This document shows, piece after piece, positions 1-8,581 of a stretch of 28,267 nt of DNA. A model generated the notes under the pieces. That model did no database searches. It was given only the letters and a program-made list of their open reading frames with translations, and was not told where the DNA came from. Location: contig CAYNOF010000902.1 of NCBI GenBank assembly GCA_964398335.1, positions 1-28,267 of the forward strand. The letters are read 5' to 3'. The translations under genes were made by a program, and so were the position numbers. Positions within the stretch are counted from its first letter, which is position 1; every line of letters begins with the position of its first letter. The DNA comes from an uncultured Rhizobiaceae bacterium. Its GTDB lineage: Bacteria > Pseudomonadota > Alphaproteobacteria > Reyranellales > Reyranellaceae.

Positions 1-889
1 CGCCGTAGCAGGCGATGCCGGCGGCCTCGCAGATCGCCGCCACCTTGCGGCCGGCCATCATGCCGCCGTGCTTCATGATCTTGATGCTGACCAGGTCGGC
101 CATGCGGTTGGCCGCAACCAGTAGCGCATCGGTCGGCGTGAACACGCTCTCGTCGGCCAGCACCGGTGTGTCGAGGGCGCGGGTGATCTCGGCCAAGGCG
201 GCGCGGTGATGGCCGGGCACCGGCTGCTCGATGAAGGTCGGCTTGAAGGCCTCGACATCGCGCAACTGGCGGATCGCCTCGTAGGTGTCCATGCCCTGGT
301 TGTAGTCGATGCGCAGCTCGGCATCGGCGGGCAGCTCCTTGCGGAAGCGCTCCATGCGCTTGAGGTCCGCTGCGTGGCCGGCAAAGCCGGTCTTCATCTT
401 GAACAGCCGCAGGCCCTCGCCGTAGAGCCGCTGCACCATCTCCATGTCGCGGTCGAAATCCGGGTCGGCGACCGAGAACGACAGCGGGATATCGTCGCGG
501 CAGCGGCCGCCCAGCAGCTCGGCCACCGGCAGGCCCGAGGCCTGGCCGACGATGTCGAACAGCGCCATCTCCATCGCCGCCTTGGCCTCCGGATGGCCGA
601 CCACGGCGTGGTCGGCTTCCGCCATCAGCGCCTCGACGCGATGCGGATCGGCACCGATCAGCAGTGGCCGCAGATAGACATCCAGCGCCGCGGCATTGGC
701 CTCGATGGTGCCGGTGAACACCGCCCACGGCGCGGCGTCGCCCCAGCCGGTGATCCCGGCATCGGTGTCGAGCCTGAGGATGGCGTTCTTGACGGTGCCG
801 CCGACATCGCCCGAGCCATGACGGCGCATCAGGCGCACGGGAATCTCGGTGACGATGACGGTCACCGCCGTGATCTTTAGCTGCTTCAT
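1..889 (-). CDS. Enolase superfamily protein, muconate lactonizing enzyme (MLE) subgroup (racemase/epimerase/cycloisomerase); 3' end runs off the window
   Basis: Hand translation from ATG at 889 (not recovered whole by the ORF track): MKQLKITAVTVIVTEIPVRLMRRHGSGD...GWGDAAP...AKAAMEMALFD...FKMKTG (KxK)...IDYNQG...EQP...DES...SIKIMK. These are the metal ligands D/E/D and the strand-6 Lys of the MLE subgroup. Confidence 0.9.
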   Translation of the reverse strand, partial: MKQLKITAVTVIVTEIPVRLMRRHGSGDVGGTVKNAILRLDTDAGITGWGDAAPWAVFTGTIEANAAALDVYLRPLLIGADPHRVEALMAEADHAVVGHPEAKAAMEMALFDIVGQASGLPVAELLGGRCRDDIPLSFSVADPDFDRDMEMVQRLYGEGLRLFKMKTGFAGHAADLKRMERFRKELPADAELRIDYNQGMDTYEAIRQLRDVEAFKPTFIEQPVPGHHRAALAEITRALDTPVLADESVFTPTDALLVAANRMADLVSIKIMKHGGMMAGRKVAAICEAAGIACYG

Positions 890-988
890 CCCCTACCCGA
901 CCTGTCTGTAACCTGACGTGAGTGCGCACTTGCTTTGAATCATATCCATGGTGAGAGTAGCGCGTCACGCCTGATCGGGAGCAAGACG

Positions 989-3295
989 ATGCGTCGGATC
1001 TTGATCGTCGCCGCCGCGGCTCTGCTGGCCATCGCCGCATCCGCAGCCTGGGGACAGACCTCTCCGACGGCTGCGACCTCCGGCAGCGGCGGCCGCGCGA
1101 TGATCGTGCTCGATGCCTCGGGCAGCATGTGGGCACCGGTCGGCGGCCGCGCCCGGATCGACGTGGCGCGTGAGGCGCTGGGTGAGCTGCTGAAGGGCTG
1201 GGATCCCAAGGTCGAGGTCGGGCTGATGGCCTACGGTCACCGCCGCAAGAACGACTGTTCGGACATCGAGGTGCTCGCGCCCGCCGGGCCGGTCGACGCC
1301 GCCAAGCTCACGGGCCTCGCGGCGCGTATCACGCCGCAGGGCATGACGCCGCTGTCGGCGGCGGTGAAGCAGGCGGCGGAGTCGCTGAAATACACCGAGC
1401 AGCGGGCCACGGTGATCCTGATCAGCGACGGCATCGAGACTTGCAAGGCCGATCCCTGCGCGCTGGGTGCCGAGCTGAAGAAGCTGGGCGTCGATTTCCG
1501 TGCCCATGTCATCGGCTTCGCCGTGCAGCGACAGGACGAAGGCGGCCTGCGCTGCCTCGCCAGCGCAACTGGCGGCAAGTACTACAGCGCCGGCGACGCC
1601 GCGCAGCTGCGCGAGGCGTTGCGCGCGGCAGGCCAGGAGGCCACCGCACCGCCCAAGCCGCCCGCGCCGCCGCCGCCCGCGGCCAAGGCGGCACCGCCGA
1701 AAGTCACGCTGAACGCCCCGAAGACGGTGGTCGCCGGCGACACGCTGCAGGTGGGCTGGAGCGGCGGCGCCGCCAAGACCGACACCATAGGGTTCACCGT
1801 GCCGCGCAACGAGAGCGTGTCGGGCAATTCGGTCGACACGGCGCAGAACCCGGCAAGCCTGCGCGCGCCCGACAAGCCCGGCGCCTACGAGATCGTCTAC
1901 CACGACAATGCCAGCGGCCGGATCGTGGCCCGCGCACCGATCGAGGTGACGCCGGCCAAGGCAACGCTGCAGGCGGTCGAGACCATCACCATCGGCGGCA
2001 CGGTCGAGATCGAATGGACCGGGCCGAACAACGCCAACGACTTCATCACCATCGTGCCGCCCGCCGCAGCGAAGGGCGACTATCGCGACTACGCCAACAC
2101 GTCCAACGGCTCGCCGGCCAAGGTGCGCGTGCCCGATCGGCCCGGCACCTACGAGATCCGCTACGTCACCGGCCAGACCAACGACGTGCTGGCGCGGCGC
2201 ACGGTGGTGGCGCTGGCGGTGCAGGTCGAGATCAACGCTCAGGACAAGGCACCGGCCGGCTCGTACATCCCGGTCAAGTGGAGCGGCGCACCCAACAATG
2301 CCGGCGACTTCATCACCGTGGTGCGGCCCGATGCCGACAAGGGCGCCTATACCGACTATTTCAACACCAAGGACGCCGATCCCGAGACCGCCCGGCTGCG
2401 CCTGCCGCCGCAAGCCGGCCTCTACGAGATCCGCTACGTCACCGCGCAGACCAACGAGATCCTGGCGCGCCGCCCGGTGATCGCCGAGGCCACCAGCGCC
2501 ACGCTCGACGCACCGTCGAGCGGCCCCGCCGGCGCGCGCGTCAAGGTCGGCTGGACAGGACCGAACAACGAAGGCGATTTCATCACCATCGTGCCGCCGG
2601 ATGCGCCCAAGGGCCAGTACACGCAATACTTCAACGCCAAGGGCACGAATCCCGACGACGCAACGCTGTTGCTTCCGACGCGGCCCGGCGCCTATGAGAT
2701 CCGCTACGTCGTCGCCGGCTCCAACGAGACGCTGGCGAAGCGGCCGATCACCGTGACCGCGGTGCAGGCCACGCTCGAGGTGCCGCCCGCGGCGCCGGCC
2801 GGCGCGCGCATCCGGGTGACCTGGACGGGCCCCAACAACGAGGGCGATTTCATCACCGTCGTGAAGCCGGATGCCGATCGCGGCGCCTATACCGAGTACT
2901 TCTCGACCAAGGGCATCGACCCCGACGACGCCAAGCTCAAGCTGCCGCCGCGGCCCGGCGAGTACGAGGTGCGCTACGTCACCGGCGGCGAGGCACGCGT
3001 GCTGGCGCGGGCGAAGATCAAGACCGAGCCCTTCACCATCACCATCGAGGCGCCCGACAGCGTCGGCGCCGGCAAGGAGCTCGAGTTCAAATGGACCGGC
3101 CCGAAGCTGGCGGACAACTACTTCGCCATCGCCAAGCCCAACGCCGAGCCCGATTCCTACGAGACCTGGGTGGGCGCGGAAGGCGATGACGAGCTGCGCA
3201 TCACGGCGCCCGACAAGCCCGGCACCTACGAGCTGCGCTACGTCGTGCCGGGCCTGAAGCGGGTGCTGGTCAAGAAGACCATCACCGTCCAGTGA
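989..3295 (+). CDS. Secreted VWA-domain protein with Pro-rich linker and six tandem ~90-aa beta-rich (Ig-like) repeats
   Basis: GGGAG ribosome-binding site precedes ATG at 989. Signal peptide MRRILIVAAAALLAIAASAAWG; MIDAS LDASGSM...TPL...SDG; linker PPKPPAPPPPAAKAAPPK; repeats W.GP.N..DFIT.V.P...PG.YEIRYV. Confidence 0.9.
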   Translation: MRRILIVAAAALLAIAASAAWGQTSPTAATSGSGGRAMIVLDASGSMWAPVGGRARIDVAREALGELLKGWDPKVEVGLMAYGHRRKNDCSDIEVLAPAGPVDAAKLTGLAARITPQGMTPLSAAVKQAAESLKYTEQRATVILISDGIETCKADPCALGAELKKLGVDFRAHVIGFAVQRQDEGGLRCLASATGGKYYSAGDAAQLREALRAAGQEATAPPKPPAPPPPAAKAAPPKVTLNAPKTVVAGDTLQVGWSGGAAKTDTIGFTVPRNESVSGNSVDTAQNPASLRAPDKPGAYEIVYHDNASGRIVARAPIEVTPAKATLQAVETITIGGTVEIEWTGPNNANDFITIVPPAAAKGDYRDYANTSNGSPAKVRVPDRPGTYEIRYVTGQTNDVLARRTVVALAVQVEINAQDKAPAGSYIPVKWSGAPNNAGDFITVVRPDADKGAYTDYFNTKDADPETARLRLPPQAGLYEIRYVTAQTNEILARRPVIAEATSATLDAPSSGPAGARVKVGWTGPNNEGDFITIVPPDAPKGQYTQYFNAKGTNPDDATLLLPTRPGAYEIRYVVAGSNETLAKRPITVTAVQATLEVPPAAPAGARIRVTWTGPNNEGDFITVVKPDADRGAYTEYFSTKGIDPDDAKLKLPPRPGEYEVRYVTGGEARVLARAKIKTEPFTITIEAPDSVGAGKELEFKWTGPKLADNYFAIAKPNAEPDSYETWVGAEGDDELRITAPDKPGTYELRYVVPGLKRVLVKKTITVQ
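1703..3292 (+). repeat. Six intragenic tandem domain repeats (258-273 nt period)
   Basis: Repeat starts at about 1703, 1961, 2225, 2498, 2768 and 3038. Shared DNA blocks such as aacaacga.ggcgatttcatcacc and ta.gagatccgctacgtc. Confidence 0.9.
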
Positions 3296-4359
3296 GCTGG
3301 CCGACGCCTCGACGCGGCGATCTGATCCGTGTCGCACGCATCGTCATCGCCGCGGCGATCTCCTTTGGCCTGGCCCACTGGCTGGCGCTGCCGCAGGGCT
3401 ACTGGGCGGTGCTGGCCTCGGTGATCGTGATGCAGGCCAGCGTCGGCGGCTCGTTGAAGGCGACCGGCGAGCAGCTCTTCGGCGCGCTGGCCGGCGGCGT
3501 CTGCGGCGTGGCGGCGGCGTTACTGATCCCGCACACGAGCATCGTCCTGCTCGCCGTCGCGCTGGCCGCGGCGCTGGCGCCGGCGGCGCTGCTGTCGCTG
3601 CTCAACCCGCGCTTCCGCGTGGCGCCCATCGCCGCCATCGTCGTGCTGCTGGGATCGGTCAGCCAGGCCGCCGGCCCGCTGATATCGGCCGCCGAGCGCG
3701 TGGCCGAGATCGCGCTGGGTGGCGGCGTGGCGATCATGGTGTCGCTCTTCATCCTGCCGGCGCGCGCCCATTCGGTGCTGACCTCGATCACCGGCGACAT
3801 GGTGAGCATGCTGGCCGAAGCCGTGCCGTCGCTGTTCGAGGGCGCGACCGGCGATACCGATCAGGACGCGATCGACCGGCGCTTCTTCGCCATGCGCGCC
3901 TCGCTGACCAGGCTCGAGACCGCCACCGACGAGGCGCTGCGCGAACGGCGCAGCCATCTTACCGACGCGCCCGATCCTGAGCCTTTCCAGCGTACGCTTC
4001 TGCGTCTGCGCCACGACCTGGTGATGATCCGCCGCACCATCGTCACGCCGCTGCCCGCCGCGATGATCCCGCGCCTGCGCGCCCCTTTGGCCGAGCTGTC
4101 GAACGAGATCACCGCCTTCATGCGCGCCACCGGCGCGGCGCTGACCGCGCGGCAGATGCCGCCGCCGATCGAGCCCGTCAACAACGCCATCGCGGCCTAC
4201 GACGCGGCAATCGCCGCGTTGCGCCAGGAAGGCGCCACGCGCCTGCTGTCGGTCGACGATGTCGGTCGCCTGTTCGCGCTGGGCTTCGCCTTCGACCAGC
4301 TGCGCGACCACCTCGTCGACCTGATGAACCGCGCAGCGGAGTCGGCCAGGCAGACCTAG
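3292..4359 (+). CDS. FUSC / aromatic acid exporter family membrane protein
   Basis: GTG start overlaps the VWA stop (GTGA). Hydrophobic N-terminal half with LPQGYWAVLASVIVMQ.S.GGS and ER..EI..G motifs, followed by a helical cytoplasmic C-terminus. Confidence 0.85.
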   Translation: MSWPTPRRGDLIRVARIVIAAAISFGLAHWLALPQGYWAVLASVIVMQASVGGSLKATGEQLFGALAGGVCGVAAALLIPHTSIVLLAVALAAALAPAALLSLLNPRFRVAPIAAIVVLLGSVSQAAGPLISAAERVAEIALGGGVAIMVSLFILPARAHSVLTSITGDMVSMLAEAVPSLFEGATGDTDQDAIDRRFFAMRASLTRLETATDEALRERRSHLTDAPDPEPFQRTLLRLRHDLVMIRRTIVTPLPAAMIPRLRAPLAELSNEITAFMRATGAALTARQMPPPIEPVNNAIAAYDAAIAALRQEGATRLLSVDDVGRLFALGFAFDQLRDHLVDLMNRAAESARQT

Positions 4360-4501
4360 GCGCGGGCGTGACGCAGCGCGTACGGTCGTCCCTGTTGTCC
4401 AGCGAGTCTGCTTGGGTTGCGGATGTCGCCCGAGGATCGGGTCGCCGGACGTCCAGCGGTCAGGCAACAACGATGGCTCATCACTGGCCGACACCCGCCT
4501 G

Positions 4502-6319
4502 CTACGCCGCACGCCGGGCGGCTTCACGTAATGTCTTCGCCAGCGCCGCCGGCACCTTCACCGGCATGTCGAGCGCCATCTGGGCGAAGGCCTTGGCCAG
4601 CGGGTCGGCCTTGATCGAGGCCATGCCGCCGCCGCCCAGCGCCTCGCGCAGCAGGAAGTTGAAGCCGCCGATACCGGGCAGGCGCCAACGCGTCACCTTG
4701 CCCTTGATGCGATGGGCGAAGAACCTGGCCATCGCTTCCTCGGTGACCTCGGATTCGAGGATCGGCACGTATTCGGGCCGGCGCGCGAAGATGCCGATAT
4801 TGGCGTTGTCGCCCTTGTCGCCGGAACGGCCATAGGCCAGCGCGATCAGCGGCACGGTCTCGCTCGCGCCGCTGATGCTCGAAGACGCGGCTGGCGCCTC
4901 GACCGGCAACTGCGCCTCGGTGAAGCCGCCGGCCCTGGCGCCCTCCTGCATCGCGATGCTCTTGCCGTCGATCTCGACGCTGACCGGCACTATCGACTTC
5001 GGGACGAGGCAGGAGAACATGCGGATCACCGGCTGCGGCGAGACGCGGCCGGCGCCGAAAGAGCCCGACATCCCGACCACGCCGCCGGTCGACATCGGCG
5101 CGATCTCGCGGCCCAGCAGCGACAGCGCCTCGCGCTGGTCGTGCCGCGCGGCGATCTTCACCACCACCTCGCGCGAATCGAGCGCGTGGCCGTGCGGGCC
5201 GTAGGTGTCCTCGCCGCCGATGATCTCGATGCTGACGTCGCGATAATCGCCGTAGTTCTTTTCGCGGAACATGCGGCGGGTCTTCTTGATGATCGACTCT
5301 GCGCTGTGGCGGCCCTTGGCCACCGCCTCGCGGCCCGAGAGCATGAAGATCGAGGCGAACTTGAAGCCGTCGGGCCAGGTGGTCGAGACCTTGTAGTGAT
5401 CGGTCGGCGGCCGGCCCTTGGCGCCCGATACGCGCACGCGATCCTTGCCGAGCTGCTCGTAGCGCACCTGGGTGAAGTCGCAGGCGACGTCGGGCACGAG
5501 ATAGGCGCGCGGATCGCCGATCTCGTAGAGCATCTGCTCGGCCACCGTCGCCGTGGTGATCAGCCCGCCGGTGTTGTCCGGCTTGCTGAGCACGAAGGAG
5601 CCGTCTTCCGAGACCTCGGCGATCGGGAAGCCCATGTCGTCGTAGCCGGGCACGAGACGCCAGTCGGTGAAATTGCCGCCGTTGCACTGCGCGCCGCATT
5701 CGAGGATGTGGCCGGCGAGCGTGCCGGCCGAAAGCCGGTCGTAGTCGTCCATCGTCCAGCCGAATTCGTGGATCAGCGGCCCCAGCGTGACCGCCGAGTC
5801 GACGCAGCGGCCGGTGATCACCACGTCGGCGCCTTCCGCCAGCGCCCGCGCGATCGGGAACCCGCCGAGATAGGCGTTCATGCTGACGATCTTGGCCGGC
5901 AGCGGTGCGTCGCCGCCCATCTCGGTGATACCCGCGGCACGCAGCTCGGGGATCTTGCCCATCAGGTCGTCGCCGATGACGACAGCGACCTTGAGCTTCA
6001 CGCCGGCCGCCTCGCAGGCCTTGCGCACGGCCTCGGCACAGGCCTGCGGGTTGACGCCGCCGGCATTGGTGACGACCTTGATCCCACGGTCGGCGATCTC
6101 CCTGGCCAACGGCGCCATGACCGCGGTGACGAAGTCGGTGGCGTAGCCGGCCTGCGGGTTCTTCATCTTCTGCGCCGCCATGATCGACATGGTGACCTCG
6201 GCGAGATAGTCGTTCACCAGGTAGTCGATGTTGCCGTGGCGCACGAGCTGGCCCGGCGCCGTCTCGGTGTCGCCCCAGAATCCCGAGCTGCCGCCGATGC
6301 GCACCGTCTTGCCGGCCAT
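4502..6319 (-). CDS. atuA: Acyclic terpene utilization AtuA family protein (DUF1446), with C-terminal AtuA-like domain
   Basis: RIGGSSGFWGD, DYLAEVTMSI, ITGRCVDSA, AGHILECGAQCNGGNF, EQMLYEIGDP..Y..PDV..DF and AYGRSGDKGD motifs. GGAGG lies 7 nt before ATG 6319. The symbol denotes the family, not proven orthology. Confidence 0.9.
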   Translation of the reverse strand: MAGKTVRIGGSSGFWGDTETAPGQLVRHGNIDYLVNDYLAEVTMSIMAAQKMKNPQAGYATDFVTAVMAPLAREIADRGIKVVTNAGGVNPQACAEAVRKACEAAGVKLKVAVVIGDDLMGKIPELRAAGITEMGGDAPLPAKIVSMNAYLGGFPIARALAEGADVVITGRCVDSAVTLGPLIHEFGWTMDDYDRLSAGTLAGHILECGAQCNGGNFTDWRLVPGYDDMGFPIAEVSEDGSFVLSKPDNTGGLITTATVAEQMLYEIGDPRAYLVPDVACDFTQVRYEQLGKDRVRVSGAKGRPPTDHYKVSTTWPDGFKFASIFMLSGREAVAKGRHSAESIIKKTRRMFREKNYGDYRDVSIEIIGGEDTYGPHGHALDSREVVVKIAARHDQREALSLLGREIAPMSTGGVVGMSGSFGAGRVSPQPVIRMFSCLVPKSIVPVSVEIDGKSIAMQEGARAGGFTEAQLPVEAPAASSSISGASETVPLIALAYGRSGDKGDNANIGIFARRPEYVPILESEVTEEAMARFFAHRIKGKVTRWRLPGIGGFNFLLREALGGGGMASIKADPLAKAFAQMALDMPVKVPAALAKTLREAARRAA

Positions 6320-6321
6320 GG

Positions 6322-6996
6322 TCAATCCTCCCGCGTCACTCTCCTCGTCTTCTTAGCGCCGATCCGGCGGCGGCCGGAAGATGCCGGGCGGACGTTCAGC
6401 CGCTCTGCGACCCCCGTCATCAGCATCGCGAGATTGGCCTCGAATTGCCGTTTCGCCTGCGCCGCCCCCAGCCAGCGTGCCGCGCGCGCCACATGCGGCA
6501 GGCGGCTCGCATCGACGCCGCGATCGGCCAGGGCCGGCCCGGTGCGGATGGCACGGTCGGCCAGGGCCGCGCCATTGGCGAAGGCGCCGAGGCCGCGGAA
6601 GATGTCGGCCGCCAGCGCCGGCGTCGCACCCGCCGCGGCCAGCGCCGCCAGGATGCGCTCGACGAAGAGCAGCGCCGGCTCGGTGTTGAAGCGCCGCGTC
6701 GCCAGCAGCGGGAAGGCCTGCGGATGCCGGCGCGCCACGGCGACATAGCGGCGGACCGTCTCGGCCAGCCAGGCCAGGATATCCGGCGAGTCCGGCGGCA
6801 GCTCGATGGCCCCCACCAGGCGCTCGGCAACGGCGTCGAGCAACGCCGCGCGGCTGGGAAAATGGTGATAGAGCGCCATGGCCTCGACGCCCAGGGCCTC
6901 GCCCAGCCGGCGTGTACTGAAGGCTTCAAGCCCGTCCTTCTCGATCAGATCGAGGGCGGCGGCGGCGATGCGCTGGCGCGACAGTCTGGTTCGCAT
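6322..6996 (-). CDS. TetR/AcrR family transcriptional regulator (TetR_C-type C-terminus)
   Basis: MRTRLSRQRIAAAALDLIEKDGLEAFSTRRLGEALGVEAMALYHHFPSRAALLDAV is a TetR HTH. It is the C-terminal part of track ORF 6322..7968. Its stop lies 2 nt before the atuA start. Confidence 0.92.
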   Translation of the reverse strand: MRTRLSRQRIAAAALDLIEKDGLEAFSTRRLGEALGVEAMALYHHFPSRAALLDAVAERLVGAIELPPDSPDILAWLAETVRRYVAVARRHPQAFPLLATRRFNTEPALLFVERILAALAAAGATPALAADIFRGLGAFANGAALADRAIRTGPALADRGVDASRLPHVARAARWLGAAQAKRQFEANLAMLMTGVAERLNVRPASSGRRRIGAKKTRRVTRED

Positions 6997-7004
6997 GTCT
7001 GTGA

Positions 7005-7050
7005 CTTTACATCGTAAGGTACATCCGGGCACTATCCTTACATCGTAAAG
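7005..7050. promoter_or_regulatory. Two near-perfect 15-bp palindromes, probable TetR operators in the divergent promoter
   Basis: CTTTACATCGTAAGG (7005-7019) and CCTTACATCGTAAAG (7036-7050), both TTAC-N3-GTAA, 31 bp apart, in a 75-bp AT-richer intergenic gap. Confidence 0.8.
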
Positions 7051-7071
7051 GTCGGAAGGCTGGAGGGTGCT

Positions 7072-7848
7072 ATGTCCGACGAAGCGGGACTGGTGGAAGC
7101 GGTCGAGGCCGCGGGATGGGCTGACCTGGTGCGCGCCTGCCCGCCGCCGCTGGCCCAGGGGCTGGGACTGGCGGTGATCGAGGGGGACGCAGCCGCCAGC
7201 TCGATGGCGCCCCGGATGCCGATTCCGCTGTTCAACCGGTCCTTCGGCTGGCAGACGCCGGACGAGTGGAGGGCCGCGCTGCAGCGCCATCGCGACAGCG
7301 GCGCGCCGGACTTCTTCCTGCAGCCGCCGCCCTGGCTGCATATCGACTTCGCGCGCGACGGCCTGCAGCGGCGCGGCCGCTGGGCCAAGACGATCCGCGG
7401 CCGCGAGCCCGTCGCCGCGATGCCGACCACGCTTCGCATCGCCGAGGCCCGACCGCAGGATGGCGAGGCCTTCGCGGCCGCTGCCGTCGGCGGCTTCGGC
7501 ATGCCGCCGGCGCTGGCGCCGTGGCTGGTGGCGATGGTCGGCCGGCCGGGCTGGCGCACCTATATCGGCTGGGACGGCGGGCAGCCGGTCGCGGCCGGCG
7601 CGCTCTATATCAGGGGCGACACCGCCTGGTGCGGGCTGGGCGCCACCCTGCCTTCGCATCGCGGGCGCGGCGGGCAATGCGCCCTGCTGGCGCGGCGCGT
7701 CAGCGATGCGCTGGCCGCGGGCTGCCGCGTCGTCGTCACCGAGACCGGCGAGGACACCGCCGACGCGCCCAACCCATCCTTCCGCAACATGATGCGCACC
7801 GGATTCCGCACCGTGCACGTGCGCGACAATTGGGGACCGCCGCGCTGA
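7072..7848 (+). CDS. GNAT family N-acetyltransferase
   Basis: GGAGG ribosome-binding site. C-terminal acetyl-CoA binding motif A: GATLPSHRGRGGQCALLARR; also S.RNM.R.GF. Confidence 0.85.
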   Translation: MSDEAGLVEAVEAAGWADLVRACPPPLAQGLGLAVIEGDAAASSMAPRMPIPLFNRSFGWQTPDEWRAALQRHRDSGAPDFFLQPPPWLHIDFARDGLQRRGRWAKTIRGREPVAAMPTTLRIAEARPQDGEAFAAAAVGGFGMPPALAPWLVAMVGRPGWRTYIGWDGGQPVAAGALYIRGDTAWCGLGATLPSHRGRGGQCALLARRVSDALAAGCRVVVTETGEDTADAPNPSFRNMMRTGFRTVHVRDNWGPPR

Positions 7849-7859
7849 CGCGCAGCTCT

Positions 7860-8513
7860 TCAGCCGGCCGGTGGCATGCCGGTGTTGACCGCCAGTTGCG
7901 CCGCGAAGGCCCGCTTGTAGGCGGGCCGCGCTTCGCCGCGGGCGACATAGGCGGCGAGGTTCGGGCATTCGTCGAGAAGGCCCGATGCTCTCAGCCTGAG
8001 CAGCACCGACACCATCATCAGGTCGCCGGCGCTGAACCCGCCGTCGAGCCAGTCGGCGCTGCCGAGGCGTGCGGACAACTGCCTCAACCGCTCGCGGACG
8101 CGGTCCTCGACCAGCGGCAGGCGCTCTTTGCTCCAGGGCTTGTCACCCTCGAGAAGCTTCGCGGCTGCCAGGTCGAGGATCGGCGGCTCCACCGTGTTGA
8201 GCGCGGCAAACATCCAGGTGATCGCGCGCGCCCGCGCATCGGCATCGTCCGGCAGCAGGCCGGCATGGCGCTGGGCGATATGCAGGACGATCGCGCCCGT
8301 CTCGAACAGGGCGAGGCCGCCGTCCTCGTAGGTCGGAATCTGGCCGAAAGGATGAAGCGCCAGATGCCGGGGCTCCTTCATCGCCCGGAACGACACGAGG
8401 CGAACCGCGTAGGGCTGGCCGACTTCCTCCAGCGCCCAGCGAACGCGCGTATCACGCGCCAGTCCCTTGCCGCCATCGGGTGACCGTTCAAAGGCGGTGA
8501 TGGTGATGATCAT
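7860..8513 (-). CDS. Glutathione S-transferase family protein
   Basis: ARDTRVRWALEEVGQPY, HPFGQIP (cis-Pro), LFETGAI and FSAGDLMM motifs. Confidence 0.92.
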   Translation of the reverse strand: MIITITAFERSPDGGKGLARDTRVRWALEEVGQPYAVRLVSFRAMKEPRHLALHPFGQIPTYEDGGLALFETGAIVLHIAQRHAGLLPDDADARARAITWMFAALNTVEPPILDLAAAKLLEGDKPWSKERLPLVEDRVRERLRQLSARLGSADWLDGGFSAGDLMMVSVLLRLRASGLLDECPNLAAYVARGEARPAYKRAFAAQLAVNTGMPPAG

Positions 8514-8581
8514 CGTGAGGCTCTCCTTGGCGAAAATCAGCGCCGCGCGCTACGGTGCGGGCAACAAACCGAGGGGCGTCC

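Noticed and set aside
921-930. 10-bp perfect palindrome AGTGCGCACT in the divergent gap before the VWA gene
   Set aside because: It is too short to distinguish from chance and has no repeat or adjacent regulator.
1703-3292. Periodic DNA repeats as a CRISPR array or diversity-generating element
   Set aside because: The repeats are in frame, about 270 nt long, diverge mainly at synonymous sites and encode protein domains. No cas or reverse transcriptase genes are present.
965-3337. Very long antisense or alternate-frame ORFs (e.g. 965..3337 -, 4712..6748 +, 16719..18548 -, 19652..21964 +, 26182..27963 +)
   Set aside because: They shadow well-supported genes on the opposite strand, have Arg/Gly/Ala-rich low-information translations, and are expected at this GC content.
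6997-7968. N-terminal extension of the TetR ORF (548 aa in the track)
   Set aside because: It is antisense to the GNAT gene; the HTH begins right after ATG 6996.
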